Origin: Vermamoeba vermiformis
Taxonomy: Eukaryota
DNA length: 64,000 nucleotides
Reading direction: 5' to 3'
NCBI GenBank assembly: GCA_045837725.1
Contig: JBEWZL010000002.1
Span: forward strand, 1-64,000
Part shown: in pieces, positions 54,401 to 64,000 of the stretch
Layout of the letters: every line of letters starts with the position of its first letter
Numbering within the stretch: position 1 is the first letter of the stretch
Position numbers and translations under genes: made by a program
The notes under the pieces: generated by a model
What the model saw: the letters and a program-made list of their open reading frames with translations, nothing else
Databases searched by the model: none
Told to the model about the DNA's origin: nothing

Positions 54401-55030
54401 TTATGAACACAATCTAAAATCGCAGCTAATTGAGCGGATCTGCCTTATTTTGCAAATTTATTTCTTTATAACTAGCGTATTTTCGATGTAATTACATAGG
54501 GATAAATATTTTAAACTTTGCTGGAATATCTCGCTAACCTCGAGATCTTTTCTATTTTAGGTCAGTGAATTGAATGGTAAATTGAGTGTAATTGGCTTGT
54601 CTTTACGCGGCGAAGATGTTTTGCATCCGTTGGCTGAAAAATGGACGTTCGAGACTGCTGGTAAGTCTTATAAGTTTATTTTTACGGTTTATCACTTTGT
54701 TTGTGCATTGCCAACTTGTCATTTTGGTTTTATAAAATTATTGCAAAGGTATATTAATTTTTCGGGGACAGATCCGGAATTTAGTTGATAAAATATAAAT
54801 ACTGAAATGACTCATGAATTGGGTTCTGATAAGTGTCGACAGGCTCTAAGATGCCTCAGCGAATAGCGTTCATGAAACAAAGTGACGGATCTATTCAATT
54901 GGTGACACGTGGATTTTACACATTGAACAAATTGACGAAGCGTGATCATGCGATTTTATTGGTTAAACGCGCTGTGATCTTTAGTGGACTATTAGGAACG
55001 ACTTGGTTAGTCCTATCACTCTTCTTCTAA
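51433..55030 (+). CDS. Beta-lactamase/class C serine hydrolase family protein with a C-terminal transmembrane segment (5' end approximate)
   Basis: FR|VGSISKT (SxxK), KLDDPV, TIKHLLTHTAG, WFYSNHGY (YxN), VFEPLGM, MHNG|GWPGF (HxG); C-terminus AVIFSGLLGTTWLVLSLFF*. Confidence 0.88.
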
Positions 55031-55513
55031 TGGCCACGAAGTAATTGGTAAGTAATCGCAGTGCAATTGTTATTTTTTTAAAGATCCCATCCGGTTTTTT
55101 TTTCATCACGAAGAAATCAATGTGATCTCGAATAGTCTGTACTCGTAATACGAATAATACCTTTTGCTTATACGCGTTCTATTATAGTTCTTATGACCGA
55201 AGAACGTTAAAGAATCTTCGTTCAGTAATCCGAGATCCACGGTCAATAAATAGAAAGTATGATTGATGACAGATTATTCCTCCTGTGATTCAAACACCGA
55301 CAAAATGCACTTTTTTGCAATGCACATTCGACATTTCATTAGCTTTCAAAGAGCAGATCAGACGACACAAAGGCAGATCGAAGCTGAAAAAATAACTTCG
55401 CTTGGTAATTTGGATCTAGCTTACTTACACTTTCACAAAGTTAAACTACGGCAAATTACTGTGTAAATTACACGCCTAAACACTTGCCACCTATAATACT
55501 ACAATATAACAAT

Positions 55514-57441
55514 ATGGAAACGCAATCAAGCCAACCTTCAGAATCTGCTGGCGCAGATCAGCTCGGTGTTCAAAGTAACAAAGCGGCAAATCAATCTAAG
55601 AAAAGTAGCCACAAGATCAAAACAGTGTCCATGTTCGTAAGTCTATTTTAACAGTTTACAAGCCGTTTATGTTAATTACACGATCTGGTCCCTTCTGGAT
55701 CGACGGTACTATTTCCAAAATTTCAATTTCAACTTCCATCCGAAGCGTTAATTAACGATTTAATTGTAACCTAGCATGAAGAAGAGTGCTTTATATGTCA
55801 TAAGAGCGCTAGCGAGAAAGAAAATACAACTTTCATCGGATGCAGCTTCTGTCCAAAATCTTATCATCTCTCCTGTTTGCCTGCCGGTACCATCATTACC
55901 TCACCTCGATGGTAAGTACTTTAAGAACATAGTTTCTGTTTCGATTTTCATACTCCTGTCACTAGCGGAAGATATTTCGCGATTAGTTTGACGAGATCCA
56001 ATTTTAGCTCAAATTGGGAACTCTCAGGTTCCTCGTTGTTTTGGGTCTCTTAAATTAACCTTAGCGAGTACGTTAGTCAGAATACTAAACAAAATCAAAG
56101 CATATCTATCACCATTTAAATTTTATTTTATTTTGCTCGATTTGGCTTCGTTCGAAAAAATAGTTGATCCGTAACCGAAAGAAGAATCAAATCACGACGG
56201 GAACTAACTCGATTGACATTAGGGGATGCCCAGCTCATAAATGCGCTACCTGTGGTGCACCTAGCTCGAAGAGCAGAGGCAAAATGTTCAGATGTGTTTC
56301 CTGCCCTACCGCTTTGTGCTCGTAAGTCCTTTGCTCTTTGCAAAATCAAGACTATAATGGCCACCGCGTGCATAAATTAGAGTTTTCTACTGCTTTTCAT
56401 CGAGTTTAATGCTAATGTTTGCCCGATCCAGGCTTCATGTTCCTAAAGATTGTAAAGTTGTTCCTCAAAACATCTTAGAGGAGCGTGGATATTCATCATC
56501 GAGCTTCCACTTCATATTCTGCCATAAGTGCGAGGTAAGGACTGCTTTGAATCTCATTTCGTCGCATCCGCATTAAAATTATGTTCGATCAGCAAGTGGA
56601 TCTCGACAGCAAGCCAGGACAAAAGCGAACGGCCAGCGAGGCAGGGCTCGATATTGCTTCTATATTGAAGAAGAGGAAGATAGGATCTAACCAGATGGTC
56701 AAAAGTCCACCCGACGAACAAATTTTAATTCCAATGCGCGGGTTGTTCTCATCCGGATTCGTCTTCCAAAAACAAGTAGCCGACGAGATCGGTATTAGGT
56801 ACGAATAGGCTTCCCATATACTATAGTATCGTATTCATTGCTTCCGCTTTGAAATACCGTACTACGAAAGAGATTACGATTTGGTGACACATCCATCCTT
56901 AATTAATGGCCCACGACTGATTTTCTTTTTGAATAGCCAACCCTTGCTTAGTCAGTATGTCCACGGTGCTACTCGTAACAACGGATGGAGATTCTTGGAG
57001 GAAAAATTGAAGATCTGGCTCGATAAACACACAGATCTTGTTGCGCGCCTAGAAAGCGAAGCCAAATCCGCTGAGCCTCCAGTACAACCTCAACAACCAG
57101 TTGTACCAGAGCCGATCATTAAGCAAGAGCCTATTCACCATCTGAGAGCCGCTTCTAATGACATCAAGATCCGTCTGAGGCTGAACCAGCAAAGCCAACC
57201 CGATCTCCGACCAAAACAACAGCCGATGTGGGAACCTCATCGCAACTACATCCCCGTACTCACTGCATATGAAATTGCCGCATTACAACAACAAGAAGAG
57301 AACAACAGTCTAATCTTAGGTGAATCTCCGACCTTCTACGGATCAGATTCGTCTGAAATCGAAGTCGAAGAGACGGGCGTTTGGTCTATCGATATATTCC
57401 AACAACAGAGTAATAGGTCTCAAGAGACGGCTTATTATTAA
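55514..57441 (+). CDS. Hypothetical, probably nuclear protein
   Basis: In-frame exons from ATG 55514 to stop 57441; NLS-like KRTASE...LKKRKIG; Gln/Pro-rich and acidic C-terminus; no family recognised. Confidence 0.55.
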
Positions 57442-58180
57442 TCCAATAGGCCTTGATTTAAAAAAATCGAATCAAAACTTGTAAAGTAGATCTTGCGAAT
57501 TATTTATAACAATAAAAAAACCAGCGGTGTATTATTAGGAACTCTTGTTCATAAGAACTTTCGAATTGTGAATTACGCTTACGTACATTGCAATATACCG
57601 GCTGTTCAGTGAACGGTATACTTTGGTCGTATTCACTTTTAATCCGTTCAAATCACTTTTCAACCTGACGTCAATTCAGATATTATTTTCCTTCCGCGGA
57701 ACGAGAATAAATCTTCGTTGCCTCGTCCGTAACAACTTTCATACTGATGTTCCCAAGTCAAAATGTGCTCTTATTCTAGAATCATTATTTAAGATTCAAA
57801 AAGCAATTCGGTTGGTGGTCGATACTTATACATAGTATTACTTTCATTAGCAATCAAGATCTTGCGAGCTGAATGAAAGTGACAAGCATCGTACAAATTT
57901 TTTTCGGTCCCGTCCACTTTTTTCAGTGAATAAACCCCGCAACGATAAACCGGCTAAACTCTTTACTTGAAACAGCAATACGCTTTATCTACCCTTAATA
58001 ATAACATACAAGAATACAGCACTACTTTGCCGAGCTTGCTGATTCACGCTGAATCAACCGTTAATTTGCTGTACAAATTTAGCGCAGAAGGTTCTCGGCG
58101 ACCGAAATCCCGTTGCCTGTCTCCTCAATCGTCAACAAGATTATCCTAAACTTTTCACTAACTACTCTTCAGTCGGCTGA

Positions 58181-61100
58181 TTACGATTGCTCGTTCATTT
58201 TCATCTTCTCGTCGTTGAGCTCTTGAATGATTTGTTCGAAGTCCTTAAAAAAGTAGATCCGGTCAGTTACCGCTTGAACACGAACCACAATAATAAAATT
58301 ATAGCTCAATTGTGAGTGTAGCGTTGTGTAGGATGAGTGTTTGTGCCTTACAGGACGGTGATCAGGTTCGAACTGACAACACTTGACCATCAGTTGTTTG
58401 AAGAACACATCAACACTTGCATCGAGTTGTGGAATGCGACCTGTTTCGCGAATGTCGATGGCAACGGACACCAAGTTCTCTGCTGAGCCGTGGGGTTTTT
58501 TGCCGCTCAGAATCTCGTACATCAGAATGCCAAACATCCACACATCTGCAAAAACAACATCGCGAGTCAGTATTGTTCTTCAGGTGACAAGTGTCAAACA
58601 AAGTGTCACTTTTGTGATGAAAGAATTCGGTGCACACGTACCACTCTTCTTGGAGTAAGTGCCATTGCGAATCGATTCAGGTGCCATGCTCGCTGCTGGT
58701 CCAATGGTTTGATTTGTTTTCGAACCATCTCCTTCTTTCAGTTTTCTGCTCATGCCAAAGTCTGCGAGCTTCAAATGACCTTCTGCTGTGATCTAAACAA
58801 ACAACAACAGACGATCAGTTTGTATTCAACGGACAACAGGTGATTGACTTGTTTGTTTTGAATGCTTACGAGAACATTTCGTGCAGCAACATCGCGATGA
58901 ATGATGCCGTGTGAGTGAAGATGTTCGAGACCACTTGCAATCGAGACAAGCATGTCGATCACTTGTTGTTTCGACTGAGGAGGATGGCCTTGCAGCTGCG
59001 ACCATAGACTGCCACCTGCGCAGTACTCCATCACGAGACCAATCGTGTGTTCATCGAGCTGAGTAATACCGAGTGTCACGAGCACATTAGGATGAGGCTT
59101 GATAGACCTAGCAAGAAGGTGTTAGTGAAGGTCAATGAGAGATGAAAGTGTCAAGGTACGTACAAAGCCAAGTTAGCCTCGTTGAGGAAATCGTCCGTGG
59201 ACAACATGTTGCTTTGATGAACTTTGACAGCGACAGGCGTGTTGTTGTACATCGCTGCGTACACTGCTCCGAACGAGCCTGGAAAGAGAAGCGTCAGAAA
59301 CAATAGCAAAGGATGGGCAAACATGAGACACTTGTCAATCGTCATTTCGATTCATGACACGTGTCAACTGGCCAAGGCGAGTCCGTACCTGAGGCTATTT
59401 GTTGCTTGAGTTGAATCTTCTGCTTTGGAATGGAGTAATTGTTCATCGCGACGGCTGAAGGCAATGAGATGTACTTGCCATCGTCGTTGTCAGTGTTGAG
59501 CACTTTGACAGATGTCAACTCGGCTGTCTCTTGCTTCTTGTTTCTACTACGCTTCACTAACAGTATCAGCAACAACACTCCGCCTCCGAGAGCTGCGCCA
59601 ATACCGACTACAACACCAGCAATTGTACCAGCTGCAAATTAACAATGAGATCGAGAAGTCAACGGAAGAAAAGGTAATGGTGCTCACCTTGGGTGTCGAC
59701 GCCGCCGGGGGTATTAGCCTCAGGAGTGAGTGATGCGTCACTTTGGGGCACGGTTGATGGAGTTTGTACCGTTGGCGTATTTTGATCAGACGGTGATGCC
59801 GATGGAGCACTAGTGAGAGGGGCAGATATCGGTGTTGGGTTTGGCGTGATGCCAAGCTCGCTCAAATCGACTAGCCCCTTTGCCTGTGACATCTGTGTGA
59901 CACTTCCCGAGAGCGCCGAATCAGTCCAGAATGTGGTGATCTGTTCGAAGTCAATACAACGCGTGGTGAGTGGTTCAAAGTACGTACTTGACCGTTGCTC
60001 CAAACTACAGCGCTGGTGTCAGGAGAGCCATATGCACCTTCCACACATGCCATCTTGTCGCTCGTCACTTGCGAAGGGATCGTGTTGCCGTCCCATGACA
60101 CTACTTGGTAGCACACTGAGCTCACAGGTCTGTTGATCATTTGTGTGTGACCGAACAAGAGTGCGTTGGAACTGATTGGAATCAAGTCCATCGACATGTC
60201 TGTCGTGTTGGACGTGATCCAAAAGTCGAACGTCGCGCCTGCCGTGCCTGTCTGAGGGTCGTATGTGCACGCTAAAAATAGGGTTAAGTAACTTTTTCGG
60301 ATCTCGAAGATCTTTTTGGTAAGTTACCTTTTATGGAAGAAAATTGGGTATTACCAGGCTCGTTCCAAAGTACGATATATGTGTTATTAATTAAGGTCAC
60401 CATTGCACCAGGGCTTAAGACAAACATTTTGAGTACTTGCCGTTCATGAACGAGTTAAAAATAGCTACTTACAAAGCGCGCGCAGTAGTACTTAGCTGCG
60501 TTAAGCTGAGAATGCTCGAGGCTGATTCGCTCAATATTGATACACTTAATGTCGACTGAGCGTAGTCACTTTCAAAGTCCTCGAGGAGAATCATAAAGGT
60601 CGTTGCAGATCCGCCTTCAAAGGCTTGCAAGTAATCTTGTCGAATCTCTCGTGTCTTAAAATAGGAGTTAGCGAATCATACTACAGTATTTTAATGCTTA
60701 CGCTTACTTGCGGCTTCGGGTTGTTTGAGATCTGTTTGGTGGATGTAGCGACAGAGATGACTCCACCAGAGGATATCGAATAAGTGGCGAAGTAGACCTT
60801 CTTCTGGGCGTACCAAGTCCAATAAAGCGCTAGCTTAGTACCGCTGCTATAAACCACTGCAGAGTAACGAACTTGATCCGCAATGAAGCTGCCAGTTCCG
60901 GTCAGAGTTTGTGGAGCTGTTAGGTAAGCACCCGTTGAAGTAAAGCAACGTGCTTTGAGAGGCTCTGAAGTAGACTAAGCGAGGAGTCAGAAGATGAAGC
61001 GCTTTGGTCTGGATCGAACTTACTGTACTGGCTCCTTCGCTCCATACCACAATGAAGCCGTTTGGTATTGCTGCATCAAAAAAAGTTAGTACATAAATGC

Positions 61101-61444
61101 GGTTAAGCGGATTTTGAGTCTTTACCAAGTACGGTAATACGCTTAGCGATGATAGGATTGCTGGATCTCGCCAGATCAGAGACAGAAAATGGCTGCGAGC
61201 CACTGATAAGGGTACCGTTGCGAGCGAATATGGAGCCAACGATTTGATCGTAAGCACCGCCTGTAGCATGCCAAACAGTCACCAAAAGCTCTTCATTACT
61301 TGACGACAGAATCTTGGTAGCCGTAAGAGCTGTCTGCGTAGTAAATGAACCGTTAAGAGCAGCAGTAGTCTGGCCTAACGATGATAGCGAGGAATTGTCT
61401 CCTAAAACGAAAGTGTTAGATCTCCATCTTCCGCACGTGCACAT
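58181..61444 (-). CDS. Receptor-type tyrosine-kinase-like protein kinase (5' end uncertain)
   Basis: Extracellular region, S/T/P linker, TM GTIAGVVVGIGAALGGGVLLLILL followed by VKRSRNKK; kinase motifs ASG|SFGAVY, VAVK, FLNEA, HPNV, MEYCAGGSL, HRDVAARNVL, LADFGMSR, MAPE, DVWMFG. Confidence 0.9.
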
Positions 61445-61962
61445 TACGTAACCAACGCAATCAACTGAATCAAGTTATCCTAGTACTTCGTATATATGAT
61501 ATACTTAATAATTCAATTTCATAAATATCCAAGTAAACGGTTCCCGGGTAAGTTCCGTACTTGGATCGAGTTTAAGGAGACCAATCCTGGCAATTCGGCA
61601 AGGTTGCCTCAAATTTAATAGCAGAACTAAGCAATGCAGAATAACATTGTAGTAGAGTATGATCATGTTTTGAGAATCGAAATAAATTAAGTCAGAGACG
61701 AGGATCCGATCAGTGGACGGATCCATGTAACAGAAGCCAGTAAACGTATTATACGATGCATATTTCTCTTGAAGTCACAATGTGGTACTTTTAGCCGCGT
61801 AGTTAGATTTCAGAAACGTTAGCGAACAACGACCGGAGGGTCAAAAATTATTACGCTGGATACAATCGCGGTTAAATGTTAATTATTCAAAACCAAGTCT
61901 TAAATGGACCAAAATATAATAATATTACGGAAGAAGCTATTGGTACCAAAAAAAAAACTTAC

Positions 61963-62273
61963 CTCTTCGACAATTATCTTCAGCAGGCACAAATGGGAAG
62001 TATCCATCTGTTCTATTACATCGGCATGATGTATTACAGCCAAGATTACCAACTAGGCATTCGCATCTGTAATTACATTGCAAAATCAATTAGAAATTAT
62101 ATATGTTTTTGAAACATTTAATCACCGGTTGCTTATCAAATTATTTAACTCATTGAGTTTTGTCAGTGTATAAAATACCGAGCTTACCCATTAGCAAATG
62201 AAGTAGATCCATTCAGCGCCAAGAAAATAAGCGCGATCCAATAAACAAAAACCAATTCGCCTTTTCTATGCAT
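61963..62273 (-). CDS. Signal peptide plus Cys-rich exons (possibly the 5' end of the receptor kinase)
   Basis: Exon 62188..62273 (MHRKGELVFVYWIALIFLALNGSTSFAN) splices GT-AG in frame to exon 61963..62066 (GCECLVGNLGCNTSCRCNRTDGYFPFVPAEDNCRR). The downstream connection was not resolved. Confidence 0.55.
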
Positions 62274-62585
62274 TATTTGTTTAATCAAAGTTCATTCTCC
62301 TTCGCTACTGGATTATCTTCTTCAGTTGTGCAAGTCGAACGAAGAAAAAGACGAACTGCTGACACGGACTTTATAAGGAAAATTCTAAAAATAATCATCT
62401 CCTTATTTAGCAAACAAAAAATATTGCGCGAATTTTCCAGCGACTCGGGGTACTTTCGCCACAGATAGCGACAAAGATCTAATCGCCTTAATTGAAGCGA
62501 CTTACGAGGTCAAGATCTCGATCCCCAAGAAATACTCCGGTCGATCCAATTGTGTATCTTCTGTATACTAAATGAGGCCTATTTA

Positions 62586-64000
62586 CTAGTTTAATCCAAC
62601 AAGCTTTGCACTAACGACCCATAGTCTGCTTGAAGTCTCATCATCGAGGCCGTTCGGATGTGGTGCGATCGGCTTGCATTCCTCCCAATAGCTTCCACTA
62701 TCGATCTTAGGGCATAAAGCTGCAGCCAGTGTCGTCTGATATAATGTAATATTAGACGCTAGATCCACAGGTGGTGTTTGGAGTTAAGAAAAGTCAGAAA
62801 GAATATCACCGACGCAATCGTTAAAAAAATGTGTCTGGCAATTCTCTACCCGGCAACATTTGACAGATTTCGAATCTAACAAAATCTAATATGATACCCT
62901 CGCTAGTATGATGATAACGGGTAATGATACAAGCGAGAGTGCCTCTAGTCTAGAATGACCAAACATGACATGATCCTGGATCTTGCTTACCTGTGCTCCT
63001 TCGTAGTTCGTTTTCATGAATAGTTTCAATAATGGCGTTACCATGAATTGCATGTAATGTGGCAGGTAATTGCGCCAAATATCAGAAATTACTAGTCACG
63101 TAGATCGATGTTAGTTCGGTACAGATCGCTCTGACGGAGCTTATCTCCGATTCTTTACGGTCGTTAAGCACTTACCTAATCCAGGGTGCAATGAGACTGC
63201 AGTAATATTTCTATTGTCTTTTTCTAATCGCTTGGCTAGCTCGTGTGTGAAGAGGACATTGCCCAATTTGCTCTGCGTGTACGCCACACCAGCCACGTAA
63301 GGCTTTTCAGTCTGCAAATCGTCAAAATTGATTTTTCCGTGACGATGGCCCATTGAGGCTACGTTGACTATGCGGCCACCATTATTGACGAGATCGTCGT
63401 TCAAAAATAGGTTTGTTAGCAGAAAAGGTGCTAGGTGGTTCACGCCGAAGTGACTCTCGAAGCCATCTCGTGTCTTTCTGCACTCCTTCTCCTGCGGAAA
63501 AACCGATAAGGTGGATCGAGCAATACGAATAAAATTTAATCAAAATTATAGTTTATGCGGTTGCGGAATTACCGATTCGATAAATGAGGCAAAAAATGAG
63601 AAAGTCTTACCAATACTCCTGCATTATTAATCAAAATATCGACTTTCTTGTTCTTCTTTTTAAATTCTCTTTCAAACCGTCGAATGTCCTCTAGCGAAGC
63701 CAGATCGAGTAGCATATATTCAACATTATTATTCTTAGAATATGCTTTGATATCTTTAACCGTCTGTTCTCCTTTGATGAGTCGCGCACGGCTAAGGGAA
63801 GAGATGAATTAGAGCGGAATAATTCGCCGAAACTCTAACAGTCTTTAAACTTACTGACAATGACGTTCGCATTTAATTTCGCAAATTCCTTCGCGGCTTC
63901 TTTCCCAATACCAGCGTTTCCGCCCGTCAGAATGACGCACTACCGATAACAATTAGATTTTTTTCAATTTCCTTCGAGCACGTACTTTACCGGTTAGATC
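62586..64000 (-). CDS. Short-chain dehydrogenase/reductase (retinol dehydrogenase/WWOX-like), 5'-truncated by the window edge
   Basis: ILTGGNAGIGK, LDLASLEDI, ILINNAGV, FGVNHLAPFLLT, RIVNVAS, AYTQSKLGN (YxxxK), SLHPG. Confidence 0.93.

Overview
Gene-dense eukaryotic (protist, amoebozoan-like) genomic DNA with many short GT-AG introns (mostly ~40-60 nt), so the ORF track fragments almost every gene; the models below were spliced by eye and some ends are approximate. Core genes: cytochrome b5-acyl-CoA dehydrogenase fusion, EF-hand/Ariadne RBR ligase, RING plus amphipathic-repeat protein, E2F, ATG10, two RCC1-repeat proteins, CRT10-like WD40 protein, CAD, phosphoglucomutase, C1-RhoGAP, hotdog thioesterase, TraB/TRABD, MED22, a calponin-homology protein, a beta-lactamase-family hydrolase, a receptor-type kinase, an SDR and an intronic tRNA-Lys(TTT). 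Two accessory, CpG-poor loci stand out. (1) At the left edge, a stop-free minus-strand frame missing from the ORF track (1-2004) encodes a Sola-like DDD transposase, spliced in frame to an upstream homeodomain and a Ulp1/C48 protease; a second ORF upstream holds a CATCACG repeat array in its longest intron. (2) At 43.2-46.5 kb, a SAP + Crinkler-type P-loop NTPase + PD-(D/E)xK-like nuclease gene sits between two diverged ~290-bp direct copies of the 3' end of the host TraB gene, as if it inserted with a very long target duplication.
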